27,827 bases of DNA, taken from contig WAPT01000026.1 of assembly GCA_015520605.1 (NCBI GenBank), positions 1 to 27,827 on the forward strand, read 5' to 3'. Every line of letters starts with the position of its first letter. Position 1 is the first letter of the stretch. The position numbers and the translations under genes were made by a program. Below, one piece after another: positions 1 through 9,583 of this stretch. This stretch comes from Nanobdellati archaeon (lineage in GTDB: Archaea > EX4484-52 > WAPT01). The notes beneath the pieces were generated by a model. It had not been told where the DNA came from. It saw only the letters and a program-made list of their open reading frames with translations, and made no database searches.

Positions 1-753
1 GAAAGCCAAAGAAAATACGATGAAAAATATTCTGAGATTCTCTCGCGATTAAAATTTCTAGAAAATAAAATAAATACTTTAAATTCCGGTGTTTCATCTC
101 AGGTAAAGTCGGAAATAAAGAGAGATTTTGAAAATGTAATAAATGAAATTCTTAAAGCACTTCAGGAAGTTGAAAACACAGTATCTCTTCTAAAACAGAA
201 AGGAAACGAGGTGGATGTAATTAAAAATACCGAGAGATCAATAAAATCTGAATTTGATGCCAAAATAGCTGGTCTTAAATCGGAAATAGGAGTCCTTAGC
301 AACAAAATGGAAACAGTCTTTAAAACACTTCAGAAAATTAATGAGGAGTTAAATATAGTAAAAATGATGAGGGATGAACTTCTGGATGATGTTAATGCCA
401 TCATATCCTCCGAGTTAGATAATTTCAAGAAGGAGGAGAAAAAAATTGAAGAAATAGATTCTTATATCAACGAAAGGCTCGATAAGATTGAAGAAGAAAT
501 GGAAAGAAAGTTGGCCATAATTATGGATAAAATAGATAGAGATCTTGAAAGTAAATTTGAAGCCATCGCCTCAACGCTTAAGCGTGTGGAGGTTGATGAA
601 AAAGATGAAGAGAAAGTTATGGAAACGTTAGCATCGAAATTAAGGGAACTTGAAAAGGAAAATGCTCTCTTGAAATTTGAGCTTGAAAAACTTAGAAAGC
701 TTTACGGTAAACTTATTGAAATGAAATACAAATCACCGATGGTTATAGAATGA
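1..753 (+). CDS. Long coiled-coil protein, 5'-truncated by the window edge
   Basis: Frame is open from base 1 (ESQRKYDEKYSEILSRLKFLE...) through the ORF-track GTG at 211 to TGA at 753. E/K/L/I-rich heptad pattern throughout. Confidence 0.8.
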   Translation, partial: ESQRKYDEKYSEILSRLKFLENKINTLNSGVSSQVKSEIKRDFENVINEILKALQEVENTVSLLKQKGNEVDVIKNTERSIKSEFDAKIAGLKSEIGVLSNKMETVFKTLQKINEELNIVKMMRDELLDDVNAIISSELDNFKKEEKKIEEIDSYINERLDKIEEEMERKLAIIMDKIDRDLESKFEAIASTLKRVEVDEKDEEKVMETLASKLRELEKENALLKFELEKLRKLYGKLIEMKYKSPMVIE

Positions 754-817
754 AAATTATGAGAAAAATAAATATCTCCTCATATGAGAACACGGTGAAC
801 TAACCCATCGCATACCA

Positions 818-1966
818 TCATGTGAGCGGAAGGTATTTGTAATCCAGCGCAAGGATTTCGTTACCTTTTCTGAGTTCGGACGGAAGGCTCGCAGTACATA
901 TAAAAGACGCTATGCCATATTTTCCCGTTTTATCATAAATATCGGTGTGGTAATTCCTGCCTTCTATCCTGTCCAAAACAGTGGGTGCGTCGCTGACCGG
1001 AAAATAACACGAGTTTACACCCCTGAAAATACAGTCACTGTCCGTTATATTAGTTAGATATACCGTGTTCGCGGACACTACCACGTAGCTTCCGTTGCGT
1101 ATCATGCTTATATTTTCAACCCCACTGACATAATCAACGGACGACGGGTTCTCGTCCCTCTGGATTATTATCCCCGCAAAGTTCCCATAGTTCGTCTTTC
1201 CCAGGAGCGTATCCGTCACAAGCACAAGTCCCGAGTCAGGAGGAACAAATGAAAAATTGGTGGTCGTATAATCCACCAGAGCCTTCCCATAAAACACGCT
1301 TCCGCTGCTTTCATTGCCCTTGATCCACGGGCATAATCTGAAATTGTTGGTGATGAACCCAAGACTGCCAATTGTTACAAACGGGTCTTCTATGCCCTCT
1401 GCGCTTATCACGGTGCTCATGGTTTCGTTCCTTTTAAGCATGGCATCTTCTATCCTATCCACCAGGACTACCGAAACATTTGTTGTGACTCTAACTTTGA
1501 AGTAGCCGACAAGATCGACCGTTATGTTATGGTATACAAGTGAAGCTTCTATTCTCTGCTGCTTGAGGATATTTTCGATTTTTCCGCTCCAGTACGGCAG
1601 GGTTGAATTCTCCACAAATGGTTGCGGCTCACCACCGATGGTTCCGTTGAAGAGAAGTTCCTGCATGGTGGATGTGAAATTGGGTGTAAAGTTGCCCGTG
1701 GAGATCTCCCAGTTTATCGTTGCTATTAAAGAGCGAGTTGCGGAGATCGTCATTGCCCTTTCCATATCATCAAAAACATCCGAAATAATATGAAGAAGCT
1801 GAGATGTTCTCAGCTCCTCTTTTATAATCTTTTCTCTCGAGACAGTAGTTGTGCGAATCAATATCATGGCAAGAAAAACCGTGATGATCGCTATTGCAAA
1901 AATAGTATACACAAACCCTTTTCTGTTGTTCAATATGTTCCGCATCATTAGTCTCATACCCTCCAC
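818..1966 (-). CDS. Type IV pilin-like (minor pilin) protein with class III signal peptide
   Basis: N-terminal NRKG|FVYTIFAIAIITVFLAMILI (basic-G|hydrophobic helix), many N-x-S/T sequons, start overlaps the stop of the upstream gene. The true start may be one of the downstream Met codons. Confidence 0.75.
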   Translation of the reverse strand: MEGMRLMMRNILNNRKGFVYTIFAIAIITVFLAMILIRTTTVSREKIIKEELRTSQLLHIISDVFDDMERAMTISATRSLIATINWEISTGNFTPNFTSTMQELLFNGTIGGEPQPFVENSTLPYWSGKIENILKQQRIEASLVYHNITVDLVGYFKVRVTTNVSVVLVDRIEDAMLKRNETMSTVISAEGIEDPFVTIGSLGFITNNFRLCPWIKGNESSGSVFYGKALVDYTTTNFSFVPPDSGLVLVTDTLLGKTNYGNFAGIIIQRDENPSSVDYVSGVENISMIRNGSYVVVSANTVYLTNITDSDCIFRGVNSCYFPVSDAPTVLDRIEGRNYHTDIYDKTGKYGIASFICTASLPSELRKGNEILALDYKYLPLT

Positions 1967-3903
1967 ACCTCCATTGTCACGAGCACCGGACCGTACATGA
2001 ATGGTATATTTCCTATGGGCAGTGTTGACTTAGGATACGCTGTGATGTTTATAATATTGGCATAGCCTGCAAGGAGCTTTTCAAGCCTGTTTTTCGCGTC
2101 TTCGATCGCTTCCTCGGGGGTGTCGAATACCTTACCGTACGGAACCATCGACGGGAGCATTATGAGATAGTTGAGCGTTGTTCTCGGCAGAAAGCTTCTG
2201 TTCACGCCATCGCCCAGCACATCCTCAAGCGTTATGGTGTTGTTAACGCTGAAATCGAAATAGGAAGGATCAATGTAAATGCTGGACGGGACAACTCTTG
2301 CCAGCGAAGGGGCATACACTTCCTTTTCTATCTGACCCTCCGGTTTTACATAAACCGATGGTGTGGTGCTGAAAAGCTGTGCCATGTAGAGATATGCTTC
2401 AGCCACTTCATGCCCATAAAAGTAAAAATCTTTTGTTTTTGGGTTTTCAATAGCTCCTCCGAACTCCTTTCCAACAAGCACCGGCATGTAACCATAACGG
2501 TACTTTGAAAAATTCTCAATTGTGTAATTAACAAAGATGTACGAAGATCCGTTGGGATCATTCTCCGGATCGGAGTAAAGCTCGATATCATTCGGTGCCC
2601 AGAAAAGATCGTAGGACGGGTAGCAGTCGAAGCTCACATAAAGGACGTTAGTCACGTTCCCGCTGTTTCTCACGTAATTGGTGAGATCAAGATAGAGGTC
2701 AAAATTGCTGCTCGGATTATCCGCGGTATAAATCAACTCGTTATTGAAATAGACCCACACATCCGTATCCGGATCCAGTCCATAGAACCACCTGATCCAA
2801 GAAAAAGTATCCGCAACTCCGTTGACCCTCAAATGCACCGTGACATTGTTCACTTTGGCGCCCTTCGGAATTATTATTGGCATAACTGCCCAAACACCAC
2901 CGGGGTTTGTGGCGCTACCCTCCGAGTACAGATAGTCAAAGTATATTTTTTTTGCAACCGTTGTGGACAGGTTGTGTTCCGCGAGAGTCTTATTGTATGT
3001 TATGGTGAGATAGCTCCCGGGATGAAAGTGAGCATTATAACTCTGATCGACCAGTTGTATCTCTATCGTGTGCCACTCGCTGTTGTTGTTTCTCAAAATG
3101 TTTGTGACATCAAAAGTTATGTAACAGGCGTAAGTCCCGTAGTAGGGTTCCTCCACGCAAAAATAATTGCTGGTGTTTAGCGGAAGATCTACGCCGTCCA
3201 CTCTGAAATCGTTTGCGCTTATGTTGGATATCCCCGAGTGTATGGAAAGCGTGAGAGTAGCGTTCAGAATCGCGGTCGTGTTGAAATCCAGTTTGAACTT
3301 CTTTATCACGATTAACCTGTTCCCGCTTCCGTGCGCACTTCCCTCAATTTCTATCGGAATCACGAGTGTCTCGTTGGAGGTCGCAAACCTGACCATTGCT
3401 CTCGCCACATAACCGCGTGGCAGCGCGTTCTCCTTGTATCCCGAGACAAGACGTGAGGATGTTGCCACGAGCGAAGTATACTTCGGTGGAGTGCCTCTGC
3501 TGAGTATAACGTGTTGCCTGCCGATCGAATCAACAATCTTTATTTCATAACCGTAAGTTGTCGAATTAAGGATGTTGTTGATCACTCTTCCTAGCATATC
3601 CGCCGCTATGTTTTGCTGACCGTAGGCCCATAGCAGCACTGCGCCTTCGAGAACGCTCTTGTTGAGATCCTGCTCCGTGAGATTCGTGTTTTGAAGGAGA
3701 TATGATATGTAGGAAGAGTTGAGCTCGGACAACTTCATCATGGATAAGAGAGTCATAACATCGTCACTAACACAACTGAGCTCTTTGTAAGAATAATAAT
3801 AGGTGATCGTGTTTTCATTCATACTCCTAATCATTATGCTAACCGCAACCATAAGAATTATTGCGGCTATGAATACGTCAAAAGTGAGGAAGAAACCTTT
3901 CAT
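1954..3903 (-). CDS. Large pilin-like/adhesin protein with class III signal peptide
   Basis: MKG|FFLTFDVFIAAIILMVAVSIMI from ATG 3903 (ORF track extends to 3963). Large N/Y/T-rich secreted-type region with many sequons. Confidence 0.75.
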   Translation of the reverse strand: MKGFFLTFDVFIAAIILMVAVSIMIRSMNENTITYYYSYKELSCVSDDVMTLLSMMKLSELNSSYISYLLQNTNLTEQDLNKSVLEGAVLLWAYGQQNIAADMLGRVINNILNSTTYGYEIKIVDSIGRQHVILSRGTPPKYTSLVATSSRLVSGYKENALPRGYVARAMVRFATSNETLVIPIEIEGSAHGSGNRLIVIKKFKLDFNTTAILNATLTLSIHSGISNISANDFRVDGVDLPLNTSNYFCVEEPYYGTYACYITFDVTNILRNNNSEWHTIEIQLVDQSYNAHFHPGSYLTITYNKTLAEHNLSTTVAKKIYFDYLYSEGSATNPGGVWAVMPIIIPKGAKVNNVTVHLRVNGVADTFSWIRWFYGLDPDTDVWVYFNNELIYTADNPSSNFDLYLDLTNYVRNSGNVTNVLYVSFDCYPSYDLFWAPNDIELYSDPENDPNGSSYIFVNYTIENFSKYRYGYMPVLVGKEFGGAIENPKTKDFYFYGHEVAEAYLYMAQLFSTTPSVYVKPEGQIEKEVYAPSLARVVPSSIYIDPSYFDFSVNNTITLEDVLGDGVNRSFLPRTTLNYLIMLPSMVPYGKVFDTPEEAIEDAKNRLEKLLAGYANIINITAYPKSTLPIGNIPFMYGPVLVTMEVWRV

Positions 3904-3997
3904 TCCAACCTTCCTTAAATCCTCCGCAAATTTTTTCGACGGCATTTTCACCACACAATCCAAGATTATTTTTTAGAATTTTTCATATTAATATGAA

Positions 3998-4555
3998 TCA
4001 CATCCATAAAATTAACTCTATCCTGCAGATTTCTCTTTCACCCACTTTTTCAATCTGGCAGTATGCATATCTGTCTGCACGCAGCAAAAACTCATAAGAT
4101 TCTGTGGGCCTCAAACCCACATCTAACGGCGTGGAGTTTACCGTTATAACGGTCCCGTTTGTACTCTCTGCGACAAGGAAAAAATTATACACGCCCACAC
4201 CCATTATGGTCTGAAGGGTGGTGTAATTCATTTTTTTCATCTCGAGAATTTTATCCGCGCTAACAACATGATCAGAGACGGCGAGTCCGATTTTTCTGAC
4301 GTTTGTTGCGTTCCAGTTCTCCGGGACACCGGGACTAGTTATAAGGTAATCGAGAGTATTCATCGCACGTTCCCATAAATAAGTGGTCTCGATTTTCCAT
4401 GCTCTGCTTTGCTGTATGGAATAATATGCAAAAAATGTCGCGCTAAATATGACTCCGAAAATAACAAGGCTCATTATGAAGTCCTCCAGCAACACCTGCC
4501 CTTTTCTCCGCCTTGATTTTCCCGTGCCCTTAAGATCCTCATGGCACAACGACAT
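3998..4555 (-). CDS. Type IV pilin-like protein
   Basis: RRRKG|QVLLEDFIMSLVIFGVIFSATFFAY: Q+1, E+5, hydrophobic helix. Confidence 0.8.
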   Translation of the reverse strand: MSLCHEDLKGTGKSRRRKGQVLLEDFIMSLVIFGVIFSATFFAYYSIQQSRAWKIETTYLWERAMNTLDYLITSPGVPENWNATNVRKIGLAVSDHVVSADKILEMKKMNYTTLQTIMGVGVYNFFLVAESTNGTVITVNSTPLDVGLRPTESYEFLLRADRYAYCQIEKVGEREICRIELILWM

Positions 4556-4949
4556 ATATTCGACCTCCGATATTTCTAATAATGTTTACCTTCCCTGGAT
4601 AAAAGTTACCGTGTGTCTCATTGACTATTGTTGGTGAGAACTGATAATTATCATCGTAGCTTACCATGACCATACCCTCCCTGACTGTTATGTTGTATTT
4701 CATACCCGCTATGCTCTGAGGTAAAGTTATGTTTTTCTCAAACCCATTACCCGCAAGGAGTGCCGCATTCAGTGCCGTCGCCACGTACTCTGTAAGGAAA
4801 TCCGCCTCGTCCCTCGCTTTTTCGTTCAAATACTGAACGTTCTTACCCTGAAACGCGACGTAAAAAACAGACATTGCCATAGTCAGAAACATAATAACCG
4901 AGAGAAACTCTATGGACACCTGTGCTTTCCACATTTCCTGCTCACCCAA
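4539..4949 (-). CDS. Type IV pilin-like protein
   Basis: WKA|QVSIEFLSVIMFLTMAMSVFYVAF: Q+1, E+5. Alternative start ATG 4934. Confidence 0.85.
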   Translation of the reverse strand: MGEQEMWKAQVSIEFLSVIMFLTMAMSVFYVAFQGKNVQYLNEKARDEADFLTEYVATALNAALLAGNGFEKNITLPQSIAGMKYNITVREGMVMVSYDDNYQFSPTIVNETHGNFYPGKVNIIRNIGGRIYVVVP

Positions 4950-5394
4950 AAGTTATATTCACATAATCGGAGTATGCGGTTACCACGACCTTATTGAGAC
5001 CTTTCCTCGGATGGCCTCCAAGCCATATATCGTAGTCGAAAATCTGAATAACATCTATAGTTGTGTTTCTGTACCCCACGGATATCACGAGACCTTTGCC
5101 CTCGGAGTACATGTTCTCCATTCTTGTTGGCAAAGCAACATAGAACGTGAGTCTCGATGGCGGACCCTGAGAATACACGACATCACACCCTTCTTTTATT
5201 TTGAGCAACGCTTCGTGGGCCTGAAGCAAGTTGGCCGAGGTATTGAGATCATAGAGAGTACGCTGTGCAATAACCACAATCGGAGAGAGGAGAGCAAGCG
5301 CAACACTTATCACCATTAAATATTCTATTGCTGCCTGTGATTTTTTCGGGGACATCACTTCGGCCTCGGGTTTTTTATCTCGAAAAGCACCCAT
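4942..5394 (-). CDS. Type IV pilin-like protein
   Basis: KKS|QAAIEYLMVISVALALLSPIVVIA: Q+1, E+5, with Ser rather than Gly/Ala at -1. First gene of the operon. Confidence 0.85.
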   Translation of the reverse strand: MGAFRDKKPEAEVMSPKKSQAAIEYLMVISVALALLSPIVVIAQRTLYDLNTSANLLQAHEALLKIKEGCDVVYSQGPPSRLTFYVALPTRMENMYSEGKGLVISVGYRNTTIDVIQIFDYDIWLGGHPRKGLNKVVVTAYSDYVNITFG

Positions 5395-5441
5395 AAATAT
5401 TAATAAACATGAGCCTTCATATAAAGGTTTGAGGTGTGAGT

Positions 5442-6194
5442 ATGGAACTTAAAGCAATGCTTCTCGAAACAGAAGCGGATAAGTTAATCGAGTTGGTGAA
5501 AGAAAATCCAGGAATCACGGTCGAGGAAGCTGCCTCGATGCTCAATGTACCAGAAAAGACCGTGGAGATCTGGGCAAAGGTTTTTGCAAAGGAAAAATTT
5601 ATGATCCTTGACTATGATGCGAGAGGAAGATGTCACCTTTATCTTTCCGAGAGGATCGAAGAAGTGGGAGAACAGAAAGTACACGAGATAGATGAAAATA
5701 TTGGCAGAATTGCAAAAAGCGTTAGGGATGAACTGAAAGCCAGAGAAAGAAGAATAAAGGAGTTTAAAAAAATTATGGAAAAATACGAGAAAATTCTCAA
5801 CAAAGAGCTTGAGAAGTCAAGAACCGTGGAAAGAGAGATTGATGATCTAAAAAAACAGGAGGAAGAACTGAGAAAAGAGCTTGAAAGAGTGTTGAAAGAG
5901 GAAAAAGAGCTTGAAAGAGAGGAGAAAAGCATAGAGGAAATCATAGACAAAAAAGCCGTTGTTATAAGAGAAATGGAAAAGGAAGTAAATGATTTTGAAA
6001 AACTCAGAAAAGAGCTGGAAAAGGAAGTAAAAATTTTGTTAAAACTATCAAAAATACTGAAAAAGAAAGGTATCAGGGAAATGGGGAGGATTACAAAAGA
6101 AATAGATGGTCAAATAATTGAAATCAAAAAAGAATTAAAAGAAGTAAACGAAAAGTATTCTCGTGTAAAGGAACTTTTCGAAAAGTTGAAATGA
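5442..6194 (+). CDS. N-terminal winged-HTH-like domain fused to a long coiled coil
   Basis: LIELVKENPGITVEEAASMLNVPEKTVEIWAKVF resembles an HTH; the remainder is E/K heptads. SD-like GAGGTG at 5431-5436 favours ATG 5442 over GTG 5436. Confidence 0.8.
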   Translation: MELKAMLLETEADKLIELVKENPGITVEEAASMLNVPEKTVEIWAKVFAKEKFMILDYDARGRCHLYLSERIEEVGEQKVHEIDENIGRIAKSVRDELKARERRIKEFKKIMEKYEKILNKELEKSRTVEREIDDLKKQEEELRKELERVLKEEKELEREEKSIEEIIDKKAVVIREMEKEVNDFEKLRKELEKEVKILLKLSKILKKKGIREMGRITKEIDGQIIEIKKELKEVNEKYSRVKELFEKLK

Positions 6195-6313
6195 TAATGA
6201 TGACATTATTTACATTAATTTATTATTCAGCTTTTCGAAAATTCAGAGCGAGGTTGAAAGTTTTAAAATTTTCATGATATTTAAATTTATAATCACTAAA
6301 AAGGGGTGATTGA

Positions 6314-6861
6314 GTGGGTGGTCGTTTTATGGAAAGCGGATCAGGAGGAGTTTATAAGATATTACAAAAGATAAAGCAGGAGGTCGAGAAAATACAAAAA
6401 ATATGTCCAGCGTACGCTCTCTCCGAAATTGAGGTCAGAGATCAGCGTGAATGTGTGTCTCTGATAAACCTGATGACGGTGGAAAAAAGATATACCCGCC
6501 AATTGACTGTTTTAACAGAAAGTTTGAATTCTTGAAAGAATGTGTATATGGAAGTAGTGATCCCGCTGAAATAGCGAGCAGATCGTTCGGAGATGAGATG
6601 AACGGAAAGATCCACACAATGATGTATCACACGTCCAGATTCATGAAAATAATCCTCGATTACAGGGATGAATATGGGAAGCTTTCAGATCTCTTGCCTC
6701 CGCGCGAGTTAGATCTCTTCAATTGTGATAAAAATTGCACCGTCATGGTGCAGTATCTACACGAGCTTCCAAAAAAAGTTGAGGAATTAGAAAATGAATA
6801 CAGAAATCTGGACAAACTGCAGGCGAATATAAGAAACAGAGAAAAACGCAGAGATAAATGA
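6314..6861 (+). CDS. Hypothetical protein, possibly one frameshifted gene (ORFs 6314-6535 and 6451-6861)
   Basis: TATA-like AT tract (~6280-6292) and SD-like GGGGTGA (6303-6309) precede the first ORF. The two ORFs overlap in different frames and can be joined at a TG repeat (6452-6458). Confidence 0.5.
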
Positions 6862-6865
6862 ATTC

Positions 6866-6942
6866 TGGAGCGGGGGCCGGGATTCGAACCCGGGTAAATG
6901 GGATCTGCAGTCCCACGCCATACCAGGCTAGGCGACCCCCGC
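6866..6942 (-). tRNA. tRNA-Cys (GCA), CCA encoded
   Basis: Reverse complement folds as a cloverleaf: GCGGGGG/CCCCCGC acceptor, TGGGA-CTGCAGA-TCCCA anticodon arm, CCGGG-TTCGAAT-CCCGG T arm, U73 discriminator, CCA. Confidence 0.97.
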
Positions 6943-7024
6943 GTGAAAAGGCACATCTCAATGCCGGCGAGTATATTATTCCACCGAAATCTTAAAATAG
7001 TTTTGAGAGCGGAACAATAAAAAC

Positions 7025-8152
7025 ATGAATTCGGAAAAAGATGAGGTCTACGCCGAAAGTATAGCTATTCTTATTGGTGCGGTCATAGGGGCTGGTATTC
7101 TCGGGTTACCCGCAGTTTTAGATAGAAACGGGTTGTGTGTTTATGTCGTGATCACAATAATCGCATTCTGGATATATTATGTCACAGCTCTTGCCACGAA
7201 AAGATTAATGCTGTATTTCCGAGATGTTGATCGAGTATACCTAGGGGATATTGTCGAACTTAGTTTCGGAAAAGTGGGGAAATACATTGTAATCGGATCC
7301 TTGTTATTCTCTTTCATCCCCACGCTTGCGGCGTATTTCACCGCTTACTTTTCACTCTTCACCTATTTAAGGATAAGGGGTATTTACGGTGTGTCACTAC
7401 TATTTCTTATCTGTCTATTTCCGATGCTCGTCGGGTTGGAAAGAACAGGAAAGTTCGAACTAACCATTACAAGCTTGATGTTGACGACTGTGCTTCTAAT
7501 TGTTGTCTTCCTCTTCCCGGAATGTAATCTCAAGAATGTTCATTTTCTTCCTCCGCCTGTAACCGGTACGGGAATGGTTAATATCATGAATGCTTTTCTC
7601 GTTATGTTGTTCGCTATGGGTGCATATATGGTCGTACCGGAGACATATAAACTGCTAAGACACGAACACATGACAGGGAAGTTCAGAAAAGTGGTTGCCG
7701 CGGGTTTTGGTATTCCCGCTATCATTTACCTGCTTTTTTCCGTTGCCGTTGTGGCCTCCATGCCGGGAGTTAATGAGATCGCCCCAACATCATTCAACAC
7801 GTTCCCTTTGAAAGTGTTAGGAGTTAACTTTGCACTCTTTGCCGTTGCCACTTCGGCCATTGCGGTCACACTCGCGGCGACCGATATGATGGCTAGCGAT
7901 CTCGGACTGAACAGACTGAGCGCAATACCGCTTCTTTTCATCGGAGCATTTATGGGATTGAAAAGGCTGAGCTTTATCGAGCTGCTGGCAATTGCCGCAT
8001 GCTATGGGATGCTTGTTCCCATTGCCATGATTCTGCTGACGGTTATCAAGAAGGAAGTTAAAATCAAAAAGAGGGAAAAAATGCAGTATCTCTTGTGTCT
8101 GTTCGTGGTGATCGCCGCTATGTTACTCAAAACACTTACTCTTCTGTCATAA
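7025..8152 (+). CDS. Amino acid permease (APC superfamily, HAAAP/aromatic amino acid permease-like)
   Basis: TM1 motif IGAVIGAGILGLP and roughly 11 hydrophobic segments. Confidence 0.85.
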   Translation: MNSEKDEVYAESIAILIGAVIGAGILGLPAVLDRNGLCVYVVITIIAFWIYYVTALATKRLMLYFRDVDRVYLGDIVELSFGKVGKYIVIGSLLFSFIPTLAAYFTAYFSLFTYLRIRGIYGVSLLFLICLFPMLVGLERTGKFELTITSLMLTTVLLIVVFLFPECNLKNVHFLPPPVTGTGMVNIMNAFLVMLFAMGAYMVVPETYKLLRHEHMTGKFRKVVAAGFGIPAIIYLLFSVAVVASMPGVNEIAPTSFNTFPLKVLGVNFALFAVATSAIAVTLAATDMMASDLGLNRLSAIPLLFIGAFMGLKRLSFIELLAIAACYGMLVPIAMILLTVIKKEVKIKKREKMQYLLCLFVVIAAMLLKTLTLLS

Positions 8153-9583
8153 TCTCTCAAGATTCCGCAGATTGAACTTGGTCAACCCTTTCCAGAACTC
8201 CCTGCTCTTGATTTCCACAAGCTTTTCGTTTTTCAATAATTTGTATCCGTGCTCGCTTATGGTGAGGGCTATGTGTTTTGGTACGCCCTTAATCCTTATC
8301 TCCTCAAAGCTTCCCTTCAGGTGATAAGAAACGAGTTCGCCAACATTCCTGTGCTTTCTTTTTTCCCTCGCGTAGAATCTCCCCCCATCTCCCAGCCACA
8401 CAACCTCGTGTTTTGAGACGAACCTGTCTTGATGAGTGCGATTATCAAAGATTCTCGGGCCCTCAATGATTCTCGTGAATGGCAACTCATCATTGACCAC
8501 CTCAAAAGCTATGCCCGCTTCTTCATCCCCGAACACCCACCAATCTTCTACCACAAAATCGTTGTGCTCAAAAAATGACGCCATATTCTCGGCAAGTTTT
8601 CTCAGCTGAGGGTAAAGTGTATCATCCACAATATTTTCGGGTTTTTTGAACACGATGGCGTACACATTCCGTTTATCCTTTTTAATCCTCGAAATTATCG
8701 ATTTTTTATTTATTTTCAATTTTATTTCTCTGAAGAACGATTTTGATGGTCTTTCAAGAAATTTTCTCGCAACATAAATGAAAAGAGCAAGTTTTTCTGC
8801 CGAGAGAGCTGCAGCCACATTTCTGTTTTTGTCGACGGGATCTATGACTATAAGTGGGTGCTCTTTGAACATCTTCCTGAGCACAGGATAATCCTTTCTT
8901 GTGTAGTGTTCTGCGGGGTCTATAATTTCCTGCCATCTCCATTTCTGACAGGCCTTTAGCAGAGCAACGAACGAACCGTAGTGAATGATGAGCAACTCGC
9001 ATAAGTATCCTGAAAATCCTGCAGTTTTCAAATCCGATCCGTAAGCACCCATAGCCTTAAGGAATGCTTTTAACATACGTACATCGTCAGGATTTTTGAG
9101 ATGCGTAAGCACATACTCTTTGTGAAATGGAGTTCTATCCACAGCACTTTTAAGCTGATCCGCAGTCTTTATGCGATAAGCAGGTACGATCTCGACTTCG
9201 AATCCTTCGATCACACCCTTTACATATGGATGTTCCGCATATGCTATTTTTATATCCCTCCCATTGAATTCTTCGAACACCTTCCTCCCTATTTCAAGCG
9301 CCCTTTCCTCAAGAACCTCTCTCGGGGTTGACGGCGGGAAAAAGACGAAGATGTCGAGATCCAGATCTCCCTTAAGAAATGTGTCTTTAGCAACAGAACC
9401 CATAAGATCGATATTAAGCTTGTAGTTTCCCCTGATGAAACTCGCTATCTTGTTGAAAAGCGCCATAGCGCGTTTTCTGTCCTCCTCTTTAGGCTTTATC
9501 TCAGCCAGAACGTCTCTCAGAATTTTCTTGATCGCTCCCTCTCCGCAAGTTGAATAATTTTTTGATTGTGTTCCGTTCGTCAT
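8147..9583 (-). CDS. cca: Archaeal (class I) CCA-adding tRNA nucleotidyltransferase
   Basis: GSVAKDTFLKGDLDLDIF nucleotidyltransferase motif, YAEHPY, AVDRTPFH, GFSGYLCELL, DPVDKNRNVAAALS. Confidence 0.97.
   Translation of the reverse strand: MTNGTQSKNYSTCGEGAIKKILRDVLAEIKPKEEDRKRAMALFNKIASFIRGNYKLNIDLMGSVAKDTFLKGDLDLDIFVFFPPSTPREVLEERALEIGRKVFEEFNGRDIKIAYAEHPYVKGVIEGFEVEIVPAYRIKTADQLKSAVDRTPFHKEYVLTHLKNPDDVRMLKAFLKAMGAYGSDLKTAGFSGYLCELLIIHYGSFVALLKACQKWRWQEIIDPAEHYTRKDYPVLRKMFKEHPLIVIDPVDKNRNVAAALSAEKLALFIYVARKFLERPSKSFFREIKLKINKKSIISRIKKDKRNVYAIVFKKPENIVDDTLYPQLRKLAENMASFFEHNDFVVEDWWVFGDEEAGIAFEVVNDELPFTRIIEGPRIFDNRTHQDRFVSKHEVVWLGDGGRFYAREKRKHRNVGELVSYHLKGSFEEIRIKGVPKHIALTISEHGYKLLKNEKLVEIKSREFWKGLTKFNLRNLERL

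Noticed and set aside
6195-6942. Integrated element at the tRNA-Cys 3' end
   Set aside because: No integrase and no duplicated tRNA 3' fragment (att site) noticed by eye in the window. The same applies to tRNA-Met.
6660-6961. Minus-strand ORFs 6660-6956 and 6743-6961
   Set aside because: They run through the tRNA-Cys gene and are shadow ORFs.
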